Source: Thermoanaerobaculia bacterium
GTDB lineage: Bacteria; Acidobacteriota; Thermoanaerobaculia; Multivoradales; Multivoraceae
Assembly (NCBI GenBank): GCA_022823665.1
Contig: JAJEHN010000027.1
Span: 383-64,382, forward strand
Reading direction: 5' to 3'
Length of the DNA stretch: 64,000 bases
Of the stretch, positions 1 to 11,600 are shown in pieces. The notes under the pieces were generated by a model that was given only the letters and a program-made list of their open reading frames with translations, did no database searches and had not been told where the DNA came from. How positions within the stretch are numbered: the first letter of the stretch is position 1; each line of letters begins with the position of its first letter. Made by a program: the position numbers and the translations under genes.

Positions 1-814
1 GGACACGTTGATCCTCGATCTCGAGGACGCGGTGACGCCGGACCGGAAGGAGGAGGTTCGCGGCGAAGTCGCCGGCTGGCTGAAGGAGACGGACTTCGGC
101 CGCAAGGAGCGCGCCGTGCGGATCAACGACCTGATGAGCCGTTGGGGCCGAAAGGACGTCGAGGCCACGATGGAGCACCCGCCCGACGCCTACGTCGTGC
201 CCAAGGTCAGCGGCGTCGACGACGTGCTGCGGATGGACCGCCTCGTGGCGCAACTGGAGTTGGCCCATGGTCACGACCTGGGCGGCATCGTCCTCATCCT
301 GATCGCGACGGAAACCGCCGGCGGGGCGCTCAATCTCGCCCACCTGACCGCGACGACGCGGGTCTCGGCGCTCACCTGGGGCGCCGAGGACCTGTCCGTG
401 TCAATCGGCGCCAGCCGGCGCCGGGACGAGCGCGGCGAGTACCTGGACGTCTTCCGCTACTGCCGGTCGATGACCCTGCTGGCCGCCCGCGCCGGAGGCG
501 CCCAGCCGATCGACAGCGTGTTCACCGACATCGGCGACCTGGACGCCCTGCGTCTCGAATGCCAGCGGGCGGCCTGGATGGGCTTCGAGGGCAAGATGAC
601 GATCCACCCGAACCAGATCCCGATCGTCAACGAGGTCTTCACGCCGAGCGAGGCGGAGGTCGCTTCCGCCGCCGCCCTGGTTGCCGCGTTCGCCGAGAAC
701 CAGGCCGCGGGCCGGATGGCCTTCCGCCACGAAGGCCAGATGGTCGACGCCCCGCACCTGCACCGTGCCGAGCGTCTGCTCGACCGGGCGCGCCAGGCCG
801 GAGCGATCGAGTAG
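1..814 (+). CDS. HpcH/HpaI aldolase / citrate lyase beta-subunit (CitE, malyl-CoA lyase-like) family protein, 5' end outside the window
   Basis: Motifs ILDLEDAV, VRIN, VVPKV, IATETA, WGAEDL and GFEGKMTIHPNQI are typical of the CitE family. The ORF appears open at the window edge. Confidence 0.85.
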   Translation, partial: DTLILDLEDAVTPDRKEEVRGEVAGWLKETDFGRKERAVRINDLMSRWGRKDVEATMEHPPDAYVVPKVSGVDDVLRMDRLVAQLELAHGHDLGGIVLILIATETAGGALNLAHLTATTRVSALTWGAEDLSVSIGASRRRDERGEYLDVFRYCRSMTLLAARAGGAQPIDSVFTDIGDLDALRLECQRAAWMGFEGKMTIHPNQIPIVNEVFTPSEAEVASAAALVAAFAENQAAGRMAFRHEGQMVDAPHLHRAERLLDRARQAGAIE

Positions 815-2569
815 CTAACCGCTCGTTACACGCTTCACCTCGACCGTGACGATGTCCAGGTCGTGGTACTGCTGATGGCGCACCGAGGACGCGAGATGGC
901 GCAGCAGCCGGAGGGAGATCTCCTGCTCGAGCGGCGCCGCTTCGGCCTGGTCGCCGAGCAGGGCGAGGCGCTCCTGCAGGTTCCCTTCGAGCGGCGCGAC
1001 GACGAACTCCAGCGTCGCGCCGTTCTGATCCCGTGACGCCGCCAGCCGCAGGCGCCGGGGCCGGCCGCCGGCATCCGCGTCCCCATCCTCTCCAAGGAGG
1101 GTGAGCAGGGCCTCCTCGCCGACGGCGTCGAGGCGTTCCGCCATCGCCTGGTCCCAGCCGCTGCGCTCGGCGAACGCCGCCAGGAACTCGCGGATCCGGG
1201 GCAGCGCGGCCGGATTGAACGCCGCCTCCATCCGGCTGGGGCCCCGGCGCGCGAAGTCCAGGACGAGTGTCAGGAGAATGGCCGTGAGGCCGCCGGTCGT
1301 GATCCCGTTGCTGAAGATCCCGCCCGCGAAGTCGGCGACGAGCTCCGGGAAGATCGCGTCGTTGTGGAAGCCGAGTCCGAGCCAGAAGGAGACGCCGACG
1401 ATCGTGCCCTTGCGGTAATCCATGCCCCCCTGCATGACCAGTCCGATGCCGATGAGGAACAGCATGGCGGTCAGGACGATCAGGTAGGCGCCCACGACCG
1501 AACCGGGAATCGCGAGTACGAGCGCCAGAACCTTCGGCAGGAAGGCGACGATGAAGAAGAAGGCTCCCGTCGCGATACCAACGACCCGGGCCCCGACCCC
1601 GGTGATCTCGACCAGCGGCGCGGCCAGCGAGTAGGTCGTGTTGGGCATCGTTCCGGCAAGACCGCACAGCACGTTGCCGATCCCGTCGACCGTCACCGTG
1701 CCCTGGACCGCCCGGAAGTCGACGACGTCCGGATTGCGCCACGAGACGCGCTGGAGCGCGACGCAACTGCTGATGGCGCGGATCGAGCAGATCAGCGCCG
1801 TCAGCAGGAAGGCCGGGAGAAGGGTCCAGAACGCCGGCCCGAAAGCGAGATCGAAGCCGGGCGCCTCGATCGATGGAATCCCGATCCAGGCCGCCGCGGC
1901 GACGCGTTCGCCATCGTAGAGCCCGAAGAGGGCCGCGACCGCCGTACCGACGACCACGCCGGCGACCGGCGCCCAGAGGCGCAGTCCGGCCGCCCCCTTC
2001 AGCGAGATGCCCAGAACGGTCAGAATCGTGACCAGGGCGATCACGGGCGCCGCCTGGACCGGGGTGCCGTCGGGTACGTCGTCCAGCATGTCGAACGCGA
2101 TCGGCATGACGGTCACGGGCAGCAGCATGATCACGGTGCCGGAGACCGCCGGCGTCAGCAGCCGCCGGAACAGTGGAAGCCGCGCCGAGACCAGGAGTTG
2201 CAACAGGGCCGAGATCACGACGAGCGTGGCGAGCATCGCCGGACCGCCCTCCGCCACGGCCGTGACGCTGATCCCGACGAAGGCGCTGGAACTGCCCATG
2301 ACGAGCATGTGGCCGCCGCCGATTCGGCCGAAGCGAACCGCTTGCAGCGCCGTGGTCAGGCCGCTGATCGCGACCGCGGCGAAGACCGCCCAGGCCAGAT
2401 GGGACTCGGCCGCGCCGGCGATCCGCATGACCGCGGTCGGAAGCAGGATCGGGACCGTGACCGTGATCAGGCCAAGCTGCAGGCCGAGACCTGCGGCAAG
2501 CGGCGCGGGCGGGTGGTCGTCGGCCTGGTAGCGAAGCCCCTGGCTGCGGGCCGGTTCGTTCCCGCTCAT
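815..2569 (-). CDS. NCS2 (xanthine/uracil/ascorbate) permease with a C-terminal degenerate HATPase/RsbW-like domain; SupE-like
   Basis: Multi-TM protein with NCS2-like segments (LGLQLGL, TTALQ, GTMPNTTYS) and a ~150-aa soluble tail. ATG at 2569 chosen so the gene does not overlap the PKS. Adjacent to a sup-type PKS. Confidence 0.8.
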   Translation of the reverse strand: MSGNEPARSQGLRYQADDHPPAPLAAGLGLQLGLITVTVPILLPTAVMRIAGAAESHLAWAVFAAVAISGLTTALQAVRFGRIGGGHMLVMGSSSAFVGISVTAVAEGGPAMLATLVVISALLQLLVSARLPLFRRLLTPAVSGTVIMLLPVTVMPIAFDMLDDVPDGTPVQAAPVIALVTILTVLGISLKGAAGLRLWAPVAGVVVGTAVAALFGLYDGERVAAAAWIGIPSIEAPGFDLAFGPAFWTLLPAFLLTALICSIRAISSCVALQRVSWRNPDVVDFRAVQGTVTVDGIGNVLCGLAGTMPNTTYSLAAPLVEITGVGARVVGIATGAFFFIVAFLPKVLALVLAIPGSVVGAYLIVLTAMLFLIGIGLVMQGGMDYRKGTIVGVSFWLGLGFHNDAIFPELVADFAGGIFSNGITTGGLTAILLTLVLDFARRGPSRMEAAFNPAALPRIREFLAAFAERSGWDQAMAERLDAVGEEALLTLLGEDGDADAGGRPRRLRLAASRDQNGATLEFVVAPLEGNLQERLALLGDQAEAAPLEQEISLRLLRHLASSVRHQQYHDLDIVTVEVKRVTSG

Positions 2570-2616
2570 GACGGTCCGGTCAGGGTAGCAAAGGGCATTG
2601 CTACGATGGACGGGAC

Positions 2617-5600
2617 ATGCCCCAAGAGTCGGTGCCGCCACCGTCGGACGCAACACACGGAGCAGCGCGGGCGAGCGCGCCGGGCAACGAGCCGGTCGCG
2701 ATCGTCGGCATGGCCTGCCGATTCCCCGGCGCGGACAGCCTCGCGGCCTTCTGGGATCAGTTGGATGGCGGTGTGAATGCCGTCAGCGAGGGGGTCCCGG
2801 GTTCCGGGATCGGCCGGATCGGCGAACTCTTCCCGGAAGGCGCGGAGCTCCGCCGTGCCTGCCGTTTCGGCGCCTATCTCGACGGCCTCGACCAGTTCGA
2901 CGCCGCGTTCTTCCGCATCTCGCCGGTCGAGGCGCAGATGCTCGATCCCCAGCAGCGGTTGATGCTCGAGACCTGCTGGCGAGCGCTCGAAGACGCGGGA
3001 ATCGATCCGGACGGCCTGAGGGGCAGCCGGACCGGGGTCTATGCCGGCATCAGCAACAACGAGTACCGCGGTCTGATCCTCGACGTCAGCGAAACGGACG
3101 AGCCGGCCGCCAGCCTCTACGCCGTCACCGGCACGTCGTTCAACACCGCCATCGGGCGGGTCGCCTTCGCGCTCGGTCTGGAAGGGCCGGCCCTGGCGCT
3201 GGATACCGCCTGCTCGTCCTCCCTCGTCTCCATCCACCAGGCCGTGTCCAGCCTGCAGCGCGGCGAGGCCGATCTCGCGCTGGCCGGAGGGGTGCACACG
3301 ATCCTCTCCGGCCGATTGCTGGAGCTTCGCGCCAACGCCGGGATGCTGTCGCCGGACGGGCGGTGCGCCACCTTCGACGCCGCAAGGAACGGCTACGTCC
3401 GGGGCGAAGGCTGTGGCATCGTCGTGCTCAAGCGGCTCGCCGAGGCGGAAGCCGACGGCGACCGCATCTGGGGCGTCGTCCGCGGCTCGGCCCTGAACCA
3501 GGACGGGGCGAGCCAGGGGCTGACCGTGCCGAGCCGTCCGGCGCAGGAGAAGGTGATCGAGGCCGCGCTGCGCGAGGCCGGGATCGCGCCCACCGATGTG
3601 GACTATGTCGAAGCGCACGGCACGGGCACCGAAGTGGGCGACCCGGTCGAGGCAGAGGCGGTAGGAACGGCCTATGGCCGTGGCCGCGATCCGGACCGGC
3701 CGCTCTTGATCGGCTCGGTGAAGACGAACATCGGCCACCTGGAATCGGCCGCGGGGGTGGCCGGGGTCATCAAGGTGCTGCTGGCGATGAACAAGGGCGT
3801 CATTCCCAGGCACCTCCACTTCAGCACGCCGAACCCGGAGATCCCGTGGGAGCGGCTGCCGCTCAAGGTGACGGCGGAGCCCACGGCATGGCCGGACGCG
3901 GAGGGCCGGCCGCCGAGGGCGGGCGTGAGCGGATTCGGCTGGTCGGGCACGAACGCCCATGTCGTGCTCGAGGGATACGGCAAGCCGGGCGCCGCCGCGG
4001 AGGCGGAGCACCTGCCTGCCGGCGCGGCTCTTCCGATCGCCGTTTCGCTGCCGGAATCGGTCGCGGACCTGACACCGGCTGAAGTGGCTCTCCCGGTGCG
4101 GGGGACCCGCCTGCTGCCGCTGTCGGGCAAGTCGGACAACGCGCTTCGCGAACTGGCCGGCGAGGTTCTGTCGTGGGTGGAGAGGCGGACCGGCGACGCG
4201 GCCGAAGGCGATGCCGATGTCGCGCTGCTGGCGGACATGGCATGGACGGCGAGCATCGGTCGAAGCCACTTCGAGCGGCGCGCGGGCGTCGTGTTTCGCG
4301 ACGCCGCTTCGTTGCGCCACGAGTTGAAGGCGCTTGCTGGAGGCGAACGGGAGGCCGCGTCGCAGGCCGCGTCGAAGGTGGCGTTCGCCTACACCGGACA
4401 GGCCAGCCAGTGGGTCGGCATGGGCGGGACCCTCTACGAGAGCGAGCCGGCGGTCCGGGCGGTGCTCGACCGCTGCGATGCCCTGCTCCGGGAAGACAGG
4501 GGCGGCTCGCTGCTCGACGTGATGTTCGGGCGTTCCGGCGACGCCGGCGACCTGGACGATCCGCAGTGGAAACAGCCGGCCATCTATGCGCTCGAATGCG
4601 CGCTCACCGCTCTCTGGTCGAGCCTCGGCATCCGGCCCGATGTCGTGCTCGGACACAGCCTCGGGGAGATCGCGGCCGCCCATGCGGCGGGTGTGTTCAG
4701 TCTGGAGGAGGGGTTGCGCTTCGCCGCCGCGCGGGGGGCGCTGATCGGGGCGGTTCCGGGCGACGGGGCGATGGCCGCGGTCTTCGCGCCCCCGTCGCGG
4801 GTGACGGCGACGGTCGAAGAGCACAATGCGGAGTACGGCGGGGTCGACGTGAGCGTCGCGGCCGATAACGGGGCGCACCAGGTGGTGAGCGGTCCGCTGG
4901 AAGCGCTCGAGGCGCTTGAACGGCGCTTCGAGGCGGACGGCGTCCGTGCGGTGCGACTCCGGAAGAGTCCCGCCTACCACAGCGCCATGATCGAACCGGC
5001 GCTGGATGACCTGGAAGCGGCGCTTGGCGGAACGACGTTCGCGCCGTCTTCCGTTCCGTTCGTCAGCAACCTGACCGGACGGATCGTGGAAGCGGATGAA
5101 GCCCTGGACGCCGCCTACTGGAAGCGGCAGGCGCGCGAGCAGGTCGCGTTCCGCGCCTGCATCGAGACCCTGGCAGAACTGGGCGTCGACGCCGTGGTGG
5201 AGATCGGTCCGCACGCGGTGCTCAGCCAGATAGCCGCCATGTCCTGGCCCGCATCGGCGGAGGCCGCCGCGCCGGTCACGATCCCGAGTCTCCTGCGTCC
5301 CGGGTCGAAGGTTCCGGAGGCCGAGGCGGAAACCGCCTTTGTCGCCGCGGTCGCGGCCGCCTGGGAAGCAGGGCTGCCCGTCCGGTTCGAAGGACTGTAC
5401 GAAGGCGAGGCGCGGCGCCGTATCGCGCTGCCCGGCTATCCGTTCCAGCGCGAACGCCACTGGGTCGAGGGCTCGAAGCGTCGGCGAACCACCGCCGGCC
5501 ATCCGCTGCTCGGCGACCGCCACGAATCGGCGCGCGGCGAAGTCATGTTCGAAACCGAGGTGTTTCCTTCGGAACCCGCCTGGTTGAACGATCACCGCGT

Positions 5601-8600
5601 CTTCGGCCGGCTGATCGCGCCGGGCGCGCTCTTCGGCGCCATGGCGGCCGCGGCATCGAGCGGCGAGGACGGCGGGCCGGCGACCCTGGACGACGTGCAG
5701 TTGCACAATCCGCTGGTCTTCGCCGAAGAGGACCCGGAGGATGAAGGCGGTGAGGGGGCTGGACGCATGGTCCAGGTCCTGCTGGATCCGCCAGAAGACG
5801 AACCGTCGAAACGCGTCCAGATTCTCAGCCGGGGCGCCGGCGACGAGGAATGGACGCTGCACGCCGAGGCCCAGGCGCCGGCCGCGCCGCCGAGCCTCGG
5901 ACCGGCGCTGTGCGTCAACCTGAAGAAGCTGAAAGCCGGCATGTCGGCGGTCGACGTGGAGGGCTTCTATCGGGCCAAGGCCGAGGTCGGGATCGATCTC
6001 GGCACGTCGTTCCGCACCCTGGACGCGGTCTGGAGCCGGCCCGGCGAGGCGCTGGGCGAGGTGTCGTTCCCCGCCGGGCTCGGCGCGAACGGGCTCGACG
6101 TCCATCCGCTGCTGCTCGACGGCTGTTTCCAGGTCATGGGCGCGGCGCGGAATCCGGACGGAGCCGATGACGGCATCACCTATCTGCCGTTCGGCTGGGA
6201 GCAACTGCGGCTGCGGGGCCGGCTGCCCGACCGGATTCTCTGTCACGTGCGCCTGAGGGAGAGTCCGCGCGGCGCGGAACCGGAGGCGGAGAACGGACAG
6301 CCGCCCGAAGTCGTGGCCGGAGACCTGTCGTTCTACGACGACGCCGGCGTTCAGGTCGGGGAACTGACCGGTTATACCGTGAAGCGAGCCACGCGGTCGG
6401 CGCTGCTTTCCGCGGTGGAAGGCGTGAACGAGCTTCTGTACGAGGTCGTGTGGCGGGACCGCGCGCTGCCGCCCGGCATGCCGTCCGCGGACTTCCTGGC
6501 CGCGCCGGCGGCAGTCCAGGCGGAGCATGGGCCGTTCACCGACTACTTGGCGGCGGAAGGCGTTGGCGCGGAGGACAGGGCCGCGCTGCTCGCGGACCTC
6601 GAGCTGCTGTCGCACGCGTACGCGCTCGCCACGCTGGACAGGCTGGGCTGGCGGCGCACGGCCGGCGAAGCCGTCGACGCAGACGCGTTGCGGCAACAAC
6701 TGAAGGTCGGCCCTGAACACCAGCGCCTGTTCGGGCGCATGCTCGAGATGCTGGCCCGATGCGGTGTGCTGAGCGCCGTGGACGGCGGCCACATCGTCCA
6801 GGTCGGGACCGGGGACCCGTTGCCGGAAGGCCTTCCGGAGGACCCGGACGCCTTCGCGAGCCGGATGGCGGCGCGCTACTCGCACGGTTCCACCGAGATC
6901 GGCCTGTTCCGGCGCAGCGCGGACGCCCTGCCCGACGTGTTGATCGGCGAGATGGACCCCCTCACCCTGCTGTTCAGCAGCGGCGAGCCGACCGCGGCCG
7001 ACCTGTACAAGAAAGCGCCGGTGGCCCGGGCGGCGAACCGGATGCTGGCGGACGCGACCGCGGCGCTGCTGCGCCGGATGCCGGCGGAACGAAGGCTGCG
7101 CGTCATCGAGGTCGGCGCCGGGACCGGATCGGCTACCGCGGTCGTGCTGCCGGAACTCCCTGAAGGCCGCTACGACTTCACCTACACGGACATCTCCGCC
7201 GGCTTCTTCGCGGAGGCCGAGTCGCTGTTCGGCGGCAGCGAAGCGGCGATCGACTACCGGGTGCTGGACATCGAGGTCGATCCGGTCGAGCAGGGGTTCG
7301 ATCGCCACGGCTACGACATCGTCATCGCCTCCAACGTGCTGCACGCCACGCGCTACCTGGACGAGACGCTGGCCCACTGCCGCGAACTCCTGGCGCCGTC
7401 GGGCCAGTTGCTGGCGCTGGAGAACCTCCGCGGTCAGGGCTGGCTCGACCTGACCTTCGGTCAGCTCGACGGCTGGTGGCGCTTTGCCGACGACTACCGG
7501 CCGAGCCACGCGCTGGCCGACCCCGGCATCTGGCGGCGGGCGCTCGCGGACGCGGGCTTCGGCGACGTCGCGATCCTGGGCGTCGACGAATCGGATCCGG
7601 CGGCGAAGCCGGACCGCGGCGTGATCCTGGCGCAGGGTCCCGCAGACGTCGACGAGGCGCCCGGCCTCTGGGTGCTGGCGGCCGACAGGGGCGGCATTGC
7701 CGCTGAACTCGCCACGGAACTGTCCGCGCACAACCAGACGGTCGTCCTGGCGGGCGAGGAAGTCGCGATGGAGCGGCGCGAAGCGTGGCAGGCGTTGCTC
7801 GAAGACCTGCCGGAAGAAGTTCCGCTCGCCGGCATCGTTCACCTGGCTGGGCTCGACGGTCACGGCGCCGAAGCTTCAACCCCCGAAATGGCCGGCGACG
7901 CCCGGCGCACGGCTGCGAGCGCCCTGGCGCTGGCGCAGGGCATCGGCGATGCCGGCGCGACGCCGACCCACGGCGTGTGGTTCGTAACCCGTGGGGCGCA
8001 GGTGCTGGAGAAGGAGACCGGCGGCGAACTGGCGGGCGCCACGCTCTGGGGTCTGGGCAAGGTGATGGTGCGGGAGGCTGCCCATCTGCAGCCGCGGATG
8101 ATCGACCTCGACCCCGGTGGTGCTGCGCCGCTGGCCGATCTCGCCAACGAACTGCTGTATCCCGATCCGGAGAACCACATCGCGTACCGGTTCGGCCGCC
8201 GTCAGGCCGCCCGGCTGATCCGGGCCGGCGAGGGCATGGCGCGTCTGGCGCCGCCGGACGACACGGCCTGGGCGCTCGCGTCCGACCCGGGGGGCTCGCT
8301 CGACGCGATTCAGGTCGAGCCCTTGCCGGCGGCGCCGCTTGAACCGGGGGAGGTCCGCGTCGCGATCGAGGCCGTCGGGCTGAACTTCCGGGACGTGTTC
8401 ATCTCGATCGGCCTCGTCGAGGATTCCCTGGGCGGAGAGTTCTGCGGCCGCGTGCTGGAAACGGGCGCCGACGTATCGAGCGTCGTGCCGGGCGACCGTG
8501 TCGTGGGCATGGCGTTCCGCGCGTTCGGAACCGAGACCGTGATCCCGGAAGCCCTGATCGTGCCGGCGCCGCCGGGATTCTCCGTCTCGGAACTGGCGAC

Positions 8601-11600
8601 GTTGCCGACGGCGTTCGTGTCGGCGGCGCTTTCGTTCGACATGTCGAGCCTGGAAGCTGGCGAGCGGGTCCTGATTCACGCCGGGGCCGGCGGCGTGGGG
8701 CTGGCCGCGATCCAGCTCGCCCAGGCCGCCGGCGCGGAAGTGTTTGCGACCGCGAGCGCGCGCAAGCGGGCCTACCTCCGGTCGCTCGGCGTCGAGCACG
8801 TCTTCGACAGCCGCACGACGGCCTTCGGGCAGGAGATCCTCGACGCGACGGACGGGGCGGGCGTCGACGTCGTCCTGAACAGCCTGACCAGCGAAGGTTT
8901 CATCGAAGCGAGCCTGTCCTGCCTGACCCGGGGCGGCCGCTTCGTCGAGATGGCCAGGGTGGACATCCTGAGCGAGGAGGAGATGGCGGCCGTACGGCCG
9001 GACGTGGCCTATTCCATCCTCATGATCGATGTCCTCAAGGAAGAAGACCCGCCCCGGGCGGGAGAGATCCTGAGGCGGATCGTGAAGCAGTTGTCGGAGG
9101 GCGTGCTCAGGCCCCTCGTCCACGCCCGATGGCCGTTGCTCGAGGCCGGGCCCGCCATGGAATCGATGCGTGCGGCCCGGCATATCGGCAAGATCGTGTT
9201 CACGAACTCGCCCCTTGCCGGGGGCCGGCTGCGGGAAGATCGTACGGTTCTCGTGACCGGCGGCCTCGGCGGCATCGGCTGCGCGGTAGCGGGCTGGCTG
9301 GCGGACCGCGGCGCCGGCACGATCGTGCTGAACGGCAGGCGGCCGCCGGACCCCGAAGCCGAGGCGGCGATCGAGGCGCTGCGGGAGCGCGGGGTCACGG
9401 TGCAGGTCGAACTCGCGGATGTGACGGACGCGTCCGCGGTCGACGCGATGCTCGAGCGCGTGGATCGCGAGCTGCCGCCGCTCGGCGGCGTGATCCACAG
9501 CGTCGGCGTACTGGCCGACGCCGCCCTCGGCAACCAGAGCTGGGAGAGCTTCGAGACGGTGCTGTGGCCGAAGATGCTCGGGGCCTGGCACTTGCACCGG
9601 GCGACGCTGGATCGGGATCTCGACCTGTTCGTCCTCTTCTCGAGCGTTGCCGGCGTGATGGGCAATCCGGGCCAGGCCAACCACGCGGCGGCGAACGCGT
9701 TCCTGGATCAGCTCGCGGCGCACCGCCGCGCCCGGGGGCTGCCGGGCCAGGCGATCGCCTGGGGCGCCTGGTCGGGCATCGGCGAGGCGGAGGAGCAGCG
9801 CGAACGGATCGCCGGCCACTTCGCGGCCCGCGGCGTCCGCTGGATCGCACCGGACCAGGGCCTCAAGGTGCTCGACTGGCTCGTGCGTCATGACCTGACG
9901 GCCAGCGTGGTGACGGCGGTCGACTGGCCGGTGTTCGGCGAGTCCCTCGAAGACCGTCCGCCTCTGCTCGAGGCGCTGCTGTCCGACGCGGCCGACGAGG
10001 GCGACGATGCGGCTTCGACGGAGGATCTGCTGGCGCGCCTGCGGGATTCGCCGCCGGAAGAGCGCGAGAGCCTCCTGGTTGCATACCTGCAGAGCGAGGT
10101 GCAGGCCGTGCTGCGGCTGCCCTCGGCGCCGGCGCCGGCGGTCGGCTTCTTCGACCTGGGCATGGACTCGCTGATGGCGGTGGAGTTGCGGAATCGGCTG
10201 AACCGCGCGTTCGCCGGCGCCTACACGGCGCCGAACACGCTGGTGTTCGACTATCCGGACATCGCCGCCCTGGCAGGTCACCTTGGCGGGGAGCTGGGCG
10301 ATGCCGGCGCCGCGACGCCGCCGCGGGGTGCGCCCGCGCCGGCCGTTCCCGCGACGGTGCGGGAGGACGACGACGACAGGATCGCGATCGTCGGCATGGC
10401 CTGCCGGCTCCCCGGCGCTCCGGACCTCGCGGCCTACTGGCGGCAGCTCGAGTCGGGGGGCGGAGCGGTGACCGACGGACGGCCGGATCCCGGGCCCTGG
10501 GACGGGGTCTGCGGCGATCCCGCGGCCGGCGATGTCACCCATCGTCGCGGCGGCTTCGTTACGGGGATCGACCAGTTCGACGCCCGCTTCTTCGGGATCA
10601 GGCCGATCGAAGCGCACACGATGGATCCCCAGCAGCGGATGTTGCTGGAGACGACCTGGCAGGCGCTCGAGGACGCCGGGATCGATCCGGACGGGCTGAG
10701 AGGCAGCCGCACCGGCGTGTATGCCGGGTTCAGCGGCTGCGAGTACCGGGATCTGGCGGGCGCGGGCGGATCCGGCGTCGACTATCTGGGTACCGCCGGC
10801 AGTGTCGCCGTCGGGCGCATCGCCTTCGCGCTCGGCCTGATGGGGCCGGCGATGCCGCTGGACATGACCTGCGCCTCCTCGCTGGCCGCGATCCACGAAG
10901 CGGCGATGGCCTTGCAGAGCGGCGAGATCGATCTCGCCCTGGCCGGCGGCGTCAAGGCGATCCTGTCGCGGGCGGTGACGGACTTCATGGTCGAGATCGG
11001 GATGCTGTCGTTGACCGGCGAGTGCAGGACGTTCGATGCCTCCGCCGACGGTCATGTCCGGGGCGAGGGCTGCGGCATCGTCGTGCTCAAGCGGCTCGCG
11101 GAGGCGCAGGCCGACGGCGACCGGATCTGGGCGGTGATCCGGGGATCGGCGGTCAACCAGAACGGGGCGAGCGCCGGCCTGACGGTGCCGTACGGTCCGG
11201 CCCAGGAGCAGGTGATCGAGGCCGCGCTCGACCGCGCCGGCATCGCGCCGGCGGAGATCGACTACCTCGAAGCGCACGGCACGGGATCCGCGCTGGGCGA
11301 TCCGATCGAGGTGCAGGCGGCCGCGGCGGTCTACGGCCGGGGACGGGAACCGGAACGTCCCCTGCTGATGGGGACCGTCAAGACCGGCATCGGCCATCTG
11401 GAAGCGGCGGCAGGCATCGCCGGCCTGATCAAGGTCGTGCTCGCGATGCGCCAGGGCGAGATCCCGAAGCAGCTCCATTTCCGGACGCCGAACCCGGCCA
11501 TCGACTGGGAGCGCCTGCCGGTTCGGGTGACGGGAGAGGCGACCGCCTGGCCGCACGACCCGGACCGGCCGCCCCGTGCCGGGATCAGCTCTTTCGGGCT

